64,000 nucleotides of DNA, from positions 61,814,001 through 61,878,000 of the forward strand of contig OX597825.1 in the NCBI GenBank assembly GCA_951406725.2. Reading direction: 5' to 3'. This document shows, one piece after another, positions 12,865 to 25,783 of the stretch. The notes beneath the pieces are model-generated. The model saw only the letters and a program-made list of their open reading frames with translations, was not told the DNA's origin and ran no database searches. Within the stretch, counting starts at the first letter, position 1, and each line of letters opens with the position of its first letter. This stretch comes from Octopus vulgaris (taxonomy: Eukaryota). Both the position numbers and the translations under genes were made by a program.

Positions 12865-13468
12865 ACTGTGTCAAGCTATGGTCACCCTACAGTGTAAAAT
12901 TAACAGTGGACCTTAAAGTAATCCAGCGAAGCTTCACAAAGAAGATCTTCTCATTGCAACAGCTTAGCTACGGGGAAAGGCTGAAACAGCTAAGATTCTA
13001 CTTCCTGGATTGAAGGTGGGAGAGATATGCAGTAAAAAATATCTGGAAGATCCTGGAAAGGATTGTGCCAAATTTTGGCTTTGAAAGCTACATGAATGCT
13101 TGTATTGGTTCATACTGCACAGTGCCAAAGATTCAACAGTACAAAAGATCCACAGTACCAAAGATTGTCGTGCTTCAAGACCAGTTACTACAGCCCCCTG
13201 GGTTTCAGAGGCCCACAGCTCTTTAATATTCTCCCAAAGAGACTGAGGGACCTACAGAAAGTGGATGTAAATATTTTCAAATCAAAACTGGATCTCTTCT
13301 TATTGAGAGTCCCATATGGACCTACCTCACAGCAGGAGGCACACCTGAGGGCAGCTACATCAAACTCCCTTATTCACCAAATGCCACATATAAGAGGAGG
13401 CTCTCAATAACAACAATGTAGCAAAATGGTGGTGCCCCAGCATGGCCAAAGCTTCAAGCAGAAACTGA
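12865..13468 (+). mobile_element. 5'-truncated CR1-group LINE 3' end (RT C-terminal region, decayed)
   Basis: Translation YCVKLWSPY...IQRSFTKKI..LQQLSYGERLKQL...RWERY..IWKILERIVPNFG and GPQLFNILPKRLRDL...FKSKLDLFL, typical of CR1-group ORF2 C-termini. Short 3' UTR. Confidence 0.85.
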
Positions 13469-13614
13469 TTATATATATATATATGCATATATATAACTGC
13501 CTTCAATAGGCCGTTTTGGCACGCTAGAAGAAGTAGATAAAACGACCAAAATCACATTTAAGAGCAATCTTCGAAAGGAAGGAAACATAAAACTTTTACC
13601 TTGTTATTTTATTC

Positions 13615-13686
13615 CAGTCAGACCTAGATTTTAAAATTTTTTAGCAAATAAAATAATTTGCCAGGTGAATTGTTCATCAGTGACTG
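13615..13686 (-). ncRNA. Minimal type-I hammerhead motif, antisense copy (GAAA box mutated to AAAA)
   Basis: Minus strand CAGTCA-CTGATGA-stem II-AAAA-TCTAG-GTC-TGACTG; 6-bp stem I and palindromic CTAG loop intact. Confidence 0.6.
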
Positions 13687-13882
13687 CACCATAACACTAA
13701 CATATAATTAAGAGACAAACAACACATGTCTCATCAATATACATTATAATTTTTCAAATTCACCACTCAAGTACACTATCACTTGACTGAAACTGCGCTT
13801 GCATGGTGAATTTGAAAAATTATAATGTATATTGATGAGACATGTGTTGTTTGTTTCTTAATTATATGTTAGTGTTATAGTG

Positions 13883-13954
13883 CAGTCACTGATGAAAAAT
13901 TCACCTGGCAAATTATTTTATTTGCTAAAAAATTTTGAAATTTAGGTCTGACCA
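13883..13954 (+). ncRNA. Minimal type-I hammerhead ribozyme motif
   Basis: GTCA-CTGATGA (13889-13895)-stem II (AAAATT/AATTTT plus GGCAAAT/ATTTGCT)-GAAA (13937-13940)-TTTAG-GTC-TGAC. Confidence 0.7.
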
Positions 13955-14196
13955 GAATAAAATAACAAGGTAAAAGTTTTTTATTTTTCATTCCTTTTGA
14001 AGATTGCTCTTAAATATGGTTTTGGTGATTTTGACTACTTCTTCTAGCATGTAAAAACTGCCTATTGAAGGCAGTTTTCTCTTGTGTTTAAATGTACACT
14101 ATTTTATATTGAAAATATGTTGTCTATTGACTTTTTATACATGCTAGGCCACTGGTGGTGGAATTTCTAAAAAATCTCACTCCCCTATATTTTACG

Positions 14197-14332
<136 letters not shown>

Positions 14333-14379
14333 CATACATACATATATACATATATATATTTACTTATATATTAGTTATG

Positions 14380-14992
14380 TGGAGGTTCGTGAGATGGGAG
14401 ATGGCAGGAGACCAGTGCATAAGCCTAAACTAAGGTTTAAGGATTGCCTTAAAAATGCTCTAATACAGACAGGAATTGCAGCTGGTAATTGGGCGAGGGA
14501 GGCACAAGACCATGATGGATAGAGGAAGATAGTGCATGATGGGTTGTTCAAGGTTTGAGAGAGAGAGAGTGAAGTATGAGAGAATTACAAGGGGGATTAG
14601 AAAGGGGAACCTGTGGAAAGAGAGAGAGTGTTGCTTTTTATATGTGTGGTTTGTTGGCGGAGGTGTTTCAGTTGTGTAGGCCTGGTGAGCCATAAAAATT
14701 CTCATAGAAATTGACCCATGATAAACAATTATGTGGCTATTAAAATTCATAACAGAACATGTGGAAAATGTGGAAAGGTGTGCCTCTCAGTTGGAGGTCT
14801 AAAAAGACATGTTAAGAGAGTGCATATGGTGGCACATGTTTCTCCTGCCAGCCAGTACAGTTGTCTAGTATGTAATAAAATGCGTAAAAGCTTGGCCAAG
14901 CTTAAAAGTCATATAAGGGCATCACATGGCAACAATTATGAATCATTTCAGTAAGCCTTCAGTAAGTTTTCTCATGTAACGAGGATGCACGT

Positions 14993-14996
<4 letters not shown>
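14380..14996 (+). mobile_element. RTE-clade LINE 3' end with three C-terminal C2H2 zinc fingers (decayed)
   Basis: [24 protein letters not shown]...NW...AQDHDG*RKIVHDG, then CVVCWRRCFSCVGLVSHKNSH, CGKCGKVCLSVGGLKRHVKRVH and CLVCNKMRKSLAKLKSHIRASH; ends in (TA)n. Confidence 0.85.
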
Positions 14997-15059
<63 letters not shown>

Positions 15060-15147
15060 TCCAACGAATGAGAACTGAGTAACAGTTTTTGTGATATTTT
15101 TGCTGCTTTTTAATCAAGCATATTTAATGACACACACACACACACAA

Positions 15148-15228
<81 letters not shown>

Positions 15229-15243
15229 CAGATAGATAGATAG
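15148..15243. repeat. (GATA)n microsatellite
   Basis: Directly visible. Confidence 0.97.
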
Positions 15244-16885
15244 AAAGACACTCACATACACATATGCACACGCACACACACACATGCATACACACAGCAC
15301 AAAATGCAATTAAGCATGTAAATCACATGACTGATTGCTTTTATTTTTTTCATTTAATGCCTGTGTCAGAGAATGAAAGGAAATGATTCATGATCTTTTC
15401 AGGGTCACTAATCCTAGTAGTGGTTGAGGAGAAGGTGGATGTTATTTGACACTGACTGTTATTGACATTGACTTTGGATTAAACCAGACTGACTTTTAAT
15501 GAAAGTATCTCTGATCAAAGGCATTCTTGCCACGAGCATCCTATTTTAATCAAAGATCAGTTCAGCTTAAGATATCAAATACGTCACTTTTTAATATAGT
15601 AGGGTATAACCTGAAGTGGGGATTTAGTTGCTATTTTAAGAGGTTGACTGGCCTTGTAGAGGCCCTCTTGCTGGTTATAGCACACAGAGGGATCATACAG
15701 GTTATTTACCAGTGTTAGTCAATGTTTTTAAGAATGTGTAGTTAAAGACAGGGCTTCAGTCAGGTTGCTTCTGCCAATTACTTCCAAACCATTACAACCC
15801 ATTTTAAACCCCTGAAAGCACTCTGCTAATTAAATCATCAGAAATAAATGAATGAGTAGCTAATATCCCACTTTGCAATTTATTCCCAAATTTAAAACAT
15901 CGTTTAAATAGAAACTTTTAGCTGTTGTCTCAAAACTTTCAGAACAAATCAAATTGTGATTGCCCCGTTTCCCTTTAACATTGTGCAGCTAATTTTGATT
16001 TCATCACAACACTGCAACACACTTATAATAATGTCTTTCTTTTAGTAAATCAAATAGCTCATGATTCAGATTGACAAACTTTACATCATTTTAAACTTAC
16101 AGAGGTTAGTTTGAAAATCCGCTTCTGTTCTGCTTTAATTAAATTTTCTCATTGTGTTCTGGGCTACGTATTACTTGCAATAAAATGTTTCTGTTCCATA
16201 TTGGAATATACATAATACACTAGTTGTGTGACAACTAATAATAGATTAAGGAACAATTAATTGCACAAATTACAATGTGTTAAATTGAAAGATAAATGCA
16301 ATTTAATGTACTATAGTATTCTGCACAGGAATAATAACACAAGGTTTTCTGTGTTAGTTGCTTTAATAATTACTTGGTTAATATAAAGAAAATCTTGCCT
16401 GCTGGCATTTTTAATAGTTCATTTTGAAAGTGAGATAAATCTTATATAATGCATTGAACTTCCAGCAAATTAACTTTTGAGTTCACATCATTCTTAATAA
16501 ATTAAGCAAATAATTGTAGTTTGTGCAAATTTTCATTAGCCTCAAGATATGTCAATTTTCAAATCTTTGACATGATCTGTTTGCTACATCAGGAAAATAT
16601 CTTAGCAACTTTAAAAACTTGTACAAACTCGAAAGTTCTATGAAGAACATATATAGAGTGTAACTGGAAACCTCTCATATTTTAAGCAGCCATAGGTGTG
16701 AGCCTATTAAGGTTGGGTACATGGCAACAGTATCTTCATGTAGCTAAAACTTTGTCAGTTTTAGTTCTCATCATGCTTTGGATTGATGTGAAATCTTGCA
16801 CTCATTGTTGAGCCTTTTGTCAATTTCTAAACTGTGAGTGTTTTTTTTATTTCACCCTGTATTTACTTCATGCCTTTTAAATTAA

Positions 16886-17218
16886 TTAGCAGTATGGCCC
16901 AGTGTTACTCGGGCTTGTTTTCTTTTCGACTCTTTACAATTGGAAGTTTTGAAAAGTAAAAATTTTGCATTATGTAGCTTGTTATTCTCTTTAAGTGAAC
17001 ATATTTCTGGTTGAAATACACTGAAAAGTGGCGACACAGCAGTAAAAAAATCGTAAAAAATAGCGTTTTTCATAGAAAAAAAGCACCTTTTGATGAAAAT
17101 AATTTTTGGTGTTAACATGGTCCGATTTGAATTTTGTGCTGCAGGGTCTTGGAGATAGTGTTAGTTGAAGGCTACCAAACCTGCCATACACAGATAACTT
17201 CAGCTTTATATATAGAGA
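16886..17218 (-). mobile_element. Non-autonomous Helitron (about 333 bp)
   Basis: Minus strand starts A|TCTCTATATATAAAG and ends with hairpin GCCCGAGTAACACTGGGC, a 7-nt spacer and CTAA|T: TC...CTRR termini, A/T target site, no TSD. Confidence 0.75.
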
Positions 17219-17264
17219 TTTGGTAAATATCTAATTTAATGAGGTTGATATCCAATGGCAAGTA

Positions 17265-17632
17265 TGACTGTAGTTAAGAAGTTCGCTTCCTAACGACCAA
17301 GTTTTGGGGTCACTCCCACAGAATGGTATCTTGGGCAAATGTCTTTGAGTATATGATAGCATTAGGTCAACAAAAGCCTTGTGAATGGATTCGGTAGATG
17401 GAAACTGAAGGAAGCCTTATGTTGCAGTGTGGTAAGAAGTTTGCTTCCCAGCCACGTGGTTCTGTGTTCACTCCTACTGCGTGGCACCTTGGGCATGTAT
17501 CTTCTACTATTGCCTCATATCAACCAAAGTCTTGTGAATGGATTTGGTAGACGGAAAGTGTAGGAAACCCAATGGATATGTGTTTGTGTCTTTGTGTCTG
17601 TGTTTGTCCCCCACTACTATATATTTATATAT

Positions 17633-17671
<39 letters not shown>

Positions 17672-17985
17672 AAGAAAGAGAGTGAAAGAAGGAGGGAGAG
17701 AGATGTATGTTTATTTATATATTCTTATTTATATGCCAGGATGTCATGTCTCTTTCTCTTAACATCACATGATCATTGTCAAATAAAGTTCATTGTTGTA
17801 AGCAATGCTCTTTGATTTTAATCTTTTTATGTAATCACTTCTGAACAAGGGAAAAATATCATATTTAGTGGAAACGGGTAAGATTTGATGATAGGAAGGG
17901 TATCCATCACCAAAATATCTGCTTCAACAAATTTTCTTTCAACCCATCTATGCATAGAAAAGTTGACATTAAAGTTAGTTATAAC
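17265..17985 (+). mobile_element. Two degraded SINE B heads in tandem, the second with an RTE-type tail
   Basis: Heads with GGCACCTTGGGC-like CORE sequence near 17265 and 17425; tail AACCCATCTATGCATAGAAAAGTTGACATTAAA leading into (GAT)n. Confidence 0.65.
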
Positions 17986-18026
<41 letters not shown>

Positions 18027-18174
18027 CGATGACGACGACGATGATGATGATGATGATGATGAGGATGACGATGACGATGACGATGACGATGACAATGACG
18101 ATGATGATGATGAGGCTGATGACGATGACGATGATGATGATGACGATGACGATGATGATGATGATGATGATGAT
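17985..18174. repeat. Expanded (GAT/GAC)n microsatellite
   Basis: Directly visible; lies at an RTE-type tail. Confidence 0.97.
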
Positions 18175-18838
18175 TAATATTATCCAGTTTAATAAAGCAG
18201 CAAGCTGGCAGAAATGTTAGTGCATCAGGCATAATGCTACTACCTTTACTGGTAATAAAGAGCCTCTCTCTCTCTCTCAGAGTAAAATACATTGTAAGCC
18301 TATTCACATGTTTAACAATTTCTTGGAAACTTTTCAAAAAAACGGTAGTTCATTTGATTGATAAAAAAATATATATTCTTTTATGATTCTTTTTTACATG
18401 TTCCTGGGGCACAGATTCGAAGCATTTGGTCCATCAAATCAACTCATATTTATTTATTAATTAAAATTTAGTTTGTTATTTATTCCATTAGTCTGTTGTG
18501 CTTAAGCGCTAAACAAGCCAACACGGGTTGTCATGTGCTGGTAAGTGGTGGTGGTGGTTGGGAGACAAACAGACACACACACATACACACACACACACAC
18601 ACAAACACATGTGCAGGCACACATGCAGACACATAATTTCTGCATACCAATTTCATTTACAAGGCTCAAGGCTACAGTAGAAGACATCTGCTGAAGGTGT
18701 TATGCAGTGGGATTGAACCTGAAACCAGGTGTTTGCAAAGTGAACTTGTTAACCATACTACCATGCCTACATTTGCATTCTTTATACTTGTTGTATGATA
18801 ATATACAGTGTTGGCTCAAAAACCTATAGGTATTTTCT

Positions 18839-19066
18839 TATTTCTTTACTGCCCACAAAGGGCTACACATAGAGGGGACAAACAAGGACAAACGGATTAA
18901 GTCTATTATATCGACCCCAGTGCGTAACTGGTACTTATTTAATCGACCCCGAAAGGATGAAAGGCAAGGTTGACCTCGGTGGAATTTGAACTCAGAATGT
19001 AATGGCAGACGAAATATCGCTAAGTATTTCGCCCGGCGTGCTAACGTTTCTGCCAGCTTGTCGCCT
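18839..19066 (-). mobile_element. SINE family A with 18-bp TSD
   Basis: Flanked on both sides by AACCTATAGGTATTTTCT. Confidence 0.92.
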
Positions 19067-19498
19067 TAACCTATAGGTATTTTCTATAGTATAGCAGATC
19101 AATGAAATGAAATGCAATTAACACACCAATAATCTAATATTGAAATCAATTTAGCAAGTCAGTCATTTTAACAAACAATTAAAAGAGTTTTTGTTTTAAA
19201 TTTCTCAATATTTTCAAATTAAGCTACCTTAGCCATCCATCCATCCATCCATCCATCTTCTCTGTCTGCTATTCCTATGAAAGTTGTTAGAGTAGAGATG
19301 TCAGACACTTCCTCAATATGGTCCCATCAGAAGCAACTGTCATTGACTTTCTGGCTTGATTCCCAAGCATGACCATCTGAGACTATGGATACTAACCAAC
19401 CATTTCCTTTGTGGTCTATTCCCAGATCTCTCGCTAGTTGACTTAGCTTGAATAATTCTTTTCTCAGACGTTCTAATCCCAAGTCTGTTGTGCCTTAA

Positions 19499-19718
19499 CC
19501 CTTTAGTGTTCAGATTACGCTGTTAAATGTAATATTTTTTTACTCAAATTGTTTTTAATTAATCATGTATTATCTTATAGTTTTGAGGTTTCAATGATGT
19601 GATTGTTTATTTTTATAATGTCAATGTAGGTTAGTTGTGAGAGCCCTGATCTGGTCAGTTTAAACATAAAATAGGTAGAAAACTTCGGCCAGATATGGCC
19701 AGTTTAAACACTAAAGGG
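19499..19718. mobile_element. piggyBac-type MITE, family P1
   Basis: TTAA|CCCTTTAGTGTT...AACACTAAAGGG|TTAA. Confidence 0.88.
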
Positions 19719-19926
19719 TTAAATACATAATATTTACAGTATTCTCTCTGCAGCGTCTCTTGAACACATGACTAAAAGCCATTCAACTGCATTTCTGGAA
19801 GTGGGTTCAACATGCTAGGAGTAGTAGCCAAATTTTCCTCAAATCACTACTTATCATTTTCAGTAAGAAGAAAAGTACATTAGATATAGCTGTCAAAAAG
19901 ACACATTTAAAAAGACAGGATGATCA

Positions 19927-20320
19927 TAGGCGTAGGAGTGGCTGTGTGGTAAGTAGCTTGCTTACGAACTGCATGGCTTCAGGTTCAGTCCCACTGCATG
20001 GCACCTTGGGCAAGTGTCTTCTACTATAGCCTCGGGCTGACCAAAGACTTGTGAGTGGATTTGGTAGATGGAAACTGAAAGAAGCCCGTTGTATATATGT
20101 ATATGCATATATATGAGTGTGTATATGTTTGTGTGTCTGTGTTTGTCTCACCCCTGGTGTGTTTACATCCCCGTAACTGAGTAGCTCGGCAAAAGAGACT
20201 GATACAATAAGTACTAGGCTCATAAAGAATAAGTCCTGGGATCGATTTTCTCGACTAAAGGCGGTGCTCCAGCATGGCCACAGTCAAATGACTGAAACAA
20301 ATAAAAGAGTAAAAGAGTAA
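19927..20320 (+). mobile_element. CORE-type tRNA-derived SINE, family B (internal microsatellite, CR1-like tail)
   Basis: Head TGGCTGTGTGGTAAG...GGTTCAGTCCC, CORE-like GGCACCTTGGGCAAGTGTCTT, tail GGCGGTGCTCCAGCATGGCC...(GTAAAAGA)n. Roughly 20 copies or fragments in the window. Confidence 0.92.
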
Positions 20321-21282
20321 AATGGACAAACAAAAAAATCTTTCGAATACCTTCTTAGGTGCTATTGCATAAGAATCTCTACTGTTTGCAATTACATAAT
20401 TCATGCAATCACGAAAGTGCAGCAATTTTTCAAATTTGCCTTTTGACAGTTATATCAATGAAAACAACTAAAAAAAAAAAGGAAGAAAAACCCGCTAGTT
20501 TGTCATCTTTTATGACTATTGACAATATCTTGTATCCAAAATATCGTTCCTCGGAAGTTCCCTTTTGTGAAAATTCTATTTATCATTGTTAAAAAAAAAG
20601 TTTTTCATCGTTAAAGAGTTGAAAATATTCTTTCCATTTCTAGATTTTTAATTGGTGAACTTTTGGTATTCCTGAAATAAAATCAACGAAATAGAAATCT
20701 TTAATTTCTGCTGAAAGCCTTCATTCTCTCATTAGCAGATTTTAAATGTTTCCATTAATCAATTTTGTTTTACTACAATGAAATAATATAGGAAAGAGTT
20801 TGTTTTGAGAGGCTATTTTTCAATTAAATAATTTTCATAGAATTGTTACCATGGAAAAAATATAACTTCACAATTAATTCTCTGAGAAGTTTCTCATGAA
20901 TACATACAGTCTAAATACATTAAAACAGTACTTAAAATATAATAGGAATTTTAAATAGAAATAAAAGGTATTTTAAAAGCAAAAATGTACAGTTTTGTAT
21001 TTCAAAATAAGAATCCAACTGAAATAGTTTTTAACTTTTAATTTGACTTACAAGAAACACATTTATATTACACTTTTGAACACTAATATTTTATGGCTGA
21101 ACAGGTGAAGAGAATTTGACAGTAAAAGACCCACAAGATCAATGTTTACAAGAAGAAATATTGTTTGATAATACTTTGAATCCTGTGAAATAGCTAAAAA
21201 AACCCGTTTCTTCATACAGTACAATACTAAAGTTTTTCCGTCATATGAAGGACATCCGACTGTGAAAATATGCCCTGCTAAT

Positions 21283-21790
21283 CATCATCATTATCATCAT
21301 CGTTTAACGTCCGCTTTCCATGCTAGTATGGGTTGGGCGGTTTGACTGAGGACTGGTGAACCAGATGGGTGCACCAGGCTCCATTCTTGATTTGGCAGAG
21401 TTTCTACAGCTGGAGGCCCTTCCTAATGCCAACCACTCTGAGAGTGCAGTGGGTGCTTTTACGTACCACAAGCATGAGGGCCAGTCAGGCAGTACTGGCA
21501 ATGGTCATGGAAAATCGTGTTTTTCTTTTTTTTACGTGTCACCTGCACACTGGCACAAGTGCCAGAAAGGCAACTCTGGTAACGATCATGCTTGAAAGGT
21601 GCTTTTTACGTGCCACCGGCACAAACGCCAATTAGCTGCTCTGGCAATGATCACACTCAGATGGTGCTCTTAGTGCTCCGCTAGCATGGATGCCAGTTAA
21701 CAAATTTGATTTCGATTCTGATTTCACTTGCCTTGACCGGTCTTCGCAAGCAGTGTCCAATGAAGGGGAGGTACGCATAAGTGGGGGCTG
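21283..21790 (-). mobile_element. RTE-type LINE 3' UTR fragment
   Basis: Reverse complement of the RTE tail, ending in (ATC)n. Confidence 0.85.
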
Positions 21791-22089
21791 CTTACACTCC
21801 AATACCCTGCTAATATAAAGATCTAACCCATGCTAGCATGCAAAAACAGGTGTAAAATGAGAGAACAAATAAAAAAGCATGAAAATACTTTTTCACTCAA
21901 CACACATCTCTTTACATCATAGCAATCATGAACCTTGAAAACGTTATCCCTTTGGATACTAACATACCTGAGACTACGTTTGGTTCTGTAACACCACCTT
22001 CCTTGTTTTAAAGTCATTTACAGAAAAAAACTCTTGCATCAATATTTCATGGTAATTTATGTTCTAAGTATAAATTGTTTTACTTAATC

Positions 22090-22692
22090 TATTCTTTATC
22101 CTTTACTTGTTTTGCTTATTTGACTGTAGCCATGCTGGGGCATCACCTTGATAGGTTTTAGTCGAATAAGTCGATGCCAGGACTTATTTCTCTTTTAAAG
22201 CCTGGTACTCTTTCTATCAGTCTCGTTTGCCAAACCACTAAGTTACAGGGACATAAAAACAATATAGGTTGTCAAGTGGTGGTGGTGGACAAGCACACAT
22301 AAAGACACATACAAATAGATATATTATAAGAGTGGCTGTGTGGTGAATAGCTTGCTTACGAACTTCATGGTTACGGGTTCAATCCCACTGCGTGGCACCT
22401 TGGGCAAGTGTCTTTTACTATAGCCTCGGGCCAACCAAAGTTTTAAAGGCGGTGCTCCAGCATGGCTGCAGTCAAATGACTGAAACAAGTAAATGAGTAT
22501 ATATATATATATAGAGAGAGAGATACATATATATACAACAAGCTTCTTTCAGTTTCCATCTACCAAATCCACTCATACGACTTTGGTCTTACTGAGGATA
22601 AAGTAAGAGACATTTGCTTAAGTTGCTATGCAGTGGCATTGGATCCAGGACCATGAGATTGAGAAGCAAGCATTTTACCACGCAACCACATC
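22090..22692 (-). mobile_element. Old SINE B with an internally deleted SINE B nested in opposite orientation (about 22328-22497)
   Basis: Tail and head halves on the minus strand flank a plus-strand head-plus-tail copy. Confidence 0.75.
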
Positions 22693-23119
22693 TGTACTTT
22701 CACTTTCACTTTGTTTGAAAAGTAATTGACGCACAAGCTATGTATTTTAAAAGACGTATAAAAGCAAAAGGGTTAATTTATACTTTCCAGTACCCAGCTA
22801 CTTTGTCAGATATTTCCCTGTTACACATCCTGTATATTTTGTGATTGTCACATTTTTCTCCAGATTTGGCTACTTCACCCAATTTCTGCTACTCGTGTCT
22901 CATTAGCATGCAGCAACACATTCCTTACATTGGATATATAGAGCTTACCATTTCTGCAGCAATAACAACTCTCTCAACTTCTTCATCTCGCTCTTATTCT
23001 AGTGACTGAAATTGCACTGGAACCAACTATTTTCATTAAGTGTGCTGAACAAAGTTGAATAAAGTTGAACTCTGTGGCTACTGTACCTGATGCATTCAGA
23101 AGCTATGTGAGAAACACAC

Positions 23120-23294
23120 AGTGCTGTGTGTGAATATGTATGTGTGCATGTCCACATCTGTGTATGTATGTGTGTATGTTTGTGTAAATATATTTGCGTA
23201 CATGTGTATCTGTTTTTACATGCATAAATTTTTATGAGTGTGTGTATGTATGTGAGTGTCTGTGTGTGCGTAGATAATAATGTATATAATAAGG

Positions 23295-23369
<75 letters not shown>

Positions 23370-25360
23370 CTATCTATATATATGTATATATACATCTATG
23401 TATGTATATATATATATGTGTGTGTGTGTGTATGTATATATATATGTATATATATATGCATGTGTATATATATACATATATATATATGCATACATATGTA
23501 TACATACATGCATGCACACACACACACACACATATATATATATAAATGCCTATGTGTGCATGTAAATATTCATATATACACATACAAATGTGTATGTGCC
23601 TATGCACACACCACACCACACCACACACACACACACACATACACACGTGCACTCACACACACACACGTATTTGAAGTTTTCATAAATGTAGAAATAAAAG
23701 AAAAAATGAAAGAAGACAGAATCTATTAAGAGAAGAAAAGAGAAGTGAAAATGAAGAAAAGAAGAAATGAAATTTATTACATTTACGTAGGGGTAAGTGT
23801 GAGCAAGACGCTTGAAAGGAAACAACCAATTAATGCATTCCAGATTTCCTGTTCTCTCACTTATTTCCATTCATTTTTCCTATCTCTCCCTCACTCAGTC
23901 TCTTGGTCCTAACACCTCCAGCTGCTTGGTATTATAACTTTAAGCAGACTTGCAATGATCCTCTTCCAACGTCTTCTCTTATATGTTTATATATTTTCAT
24001 AAATATTGATCGGAAATAGAAAAGCTTTGTTGAAAGTAATTCAATTAATATATAAAAGTGGGATGTTTTTCTTTGATGCAAAATATTTCTAATAGAGCAA
24101 ATAGATTCTCAGCTGAAATGTTTATTTTCTGTGAAGCACTAAATGACTTGCTCTTTCACTGAAATCGTTAGTTTATATAGATTTTTATTGTTTTATTAGT
24201 GTTTCTTGTATTTTACTTCAATTTTCTAGGCTTTTTTAAAAATTTTAAATTAATTTTTCATCTATTTATTTATTAGTATTCAATATTTTTTTGTTTTTGA
24301 AATTCTTTAAATTTATACTTTATTTATACATAACTACTATTACTATTATTTAGCTATTTATTTATTAACTGTTTATTTTTTTGCCCAAAATCTTCTTCCG
24401 AGTGGAATTGTCTTGCTTGAAACTACAAAAGATTTTGTAGCTTTTAAATTTAGTGTCTTTGTGTTTATTTTCTGTGTTTTTTTTTTCTTTTTTATTTAGA
24501 AATTAAATTCTACTACATTACAATAGATTGGAAAATGAATATATTACCGCTGAATCTCTCACTCTATATGCTTATAACTTTTATATATGTATATATATGT
24601 ATGTGTGTGTGTATGTATGTATATGTATATATATACATATATGCACATATACATACATACATACATTATATTTATATATATATACATATATATACACACG
24701 AATGTGTGGGTTTATATAAATATTTATATATGTATGTTTGTGTGTGTGTGTGTATGTATTTATATGTATATATATATATATATATGAATGCATATATACA
24801 TTCATACATATGTGTAAGCATATACATACATATATATGAATGTATATATGTATTTATATAAATATATACATATATTTATATAAACACATACATTCATATA
24901 AATGTATATATGTATGTATATATATATGTGTGTGTATACATATATACGAATGTATATATATATATATATATATATATATGAATGTATATATATATATATG
25001 CATGTATGTATACATATATGTATAGATATGTATGTATATACATGTATATATATATATATATTTATACTTATAGCTGTCTCTGAATTAATATACATCCACA
25101 CACCCACATGCAATCACGGTAGTGCACATTTATTTGCACATTTATTTGCATATACAATCCTTTGAATGTAGATATGCACTTTCTATCTTTTTCACATATG
25201 CTTCTATTCATATATATGTGTGTCTGTTTCTGAGTATTTGTATGTGTATGTATGTATGTATGTATGTGTGTATATGTCTGTCTGTCAGAGTGTGGTCCTG
25301 TCTACGAGCACATATTTCTGCATGCTTGTAGATTTATATTTACATGCATAAACACATACA
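23120..25360. repeat. Compound (TA)n/(TG)n/(CA)n low-complexity tracts around an AT-rich unique segment
   Basis: Directly visible at about 23120-23670 and 24580-25360. Confidence 0.9.
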
Positions 25361-25783
25361 CAGCATTACTCTGAAAGCTTACTTTCTACATGTATTATGT
25401 GAAAAGATCTTACAAGGAAATATTGAAACACAGATATGCTTATGCTTGCTTCTACAGTAGTATTGTCTATCTCATGAATGGATTATTCCCATTTCTTAAT
25501 TTGGAATACATTTTTCTTCGACTAATTTGTATCTATTTTATATATTTTGAAGATTTTTAATATGTTTCCATTGATTTATTTCTTGTTTAATAAATAACAA
25601 CAGTAGCCAAAAATATTTTGAATACAATGAAAGTTATCTCTTCATATAACCATGCAAAATGAAGTTAAAGAAAATCTAAAAATCCTTTGTTAATTTGATT
25701 AGTTTTGCCTGAATTAAAGGAAATTTTAGACATCATAGAAGTGAAAGTTTTCTTCAAGAATTTTTCTTCTTCTTATTTTGCAG

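Larger units (their letters stand above)
13495..14076. repeat. Long fold-back palindrome (arms about 285 bp, tiny loop); probable Penelope-like pseudo-LTR inversion
   Basis: Begins AACTGCCTTCAATAGGC and ends GCCTATTGAAGGCAGTT; arms are reverse complements along their whole length, centre near 13785; abuts (TA)n. Confidence 0.95.

Noticed and set aside
14718-14954. Host C2H2 zinc-finger gene exon
   Set aside because: Contiguous with an upstream RTE RT C-terminus containing stops and a frameshift, so it is part of a LINE.
14985-15000. LINE end CACGTGTGATA as partner of SINE tail 2 (CACGTGATA)
   Set aside because: The match is too short to distinguish from chance.
22864-23106. Plus-strand exon between TTTTTCTCCAG and GTGAGA
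   Set aside because: Stops in all three frames. It could only be non-coding, and nothing else supports it.
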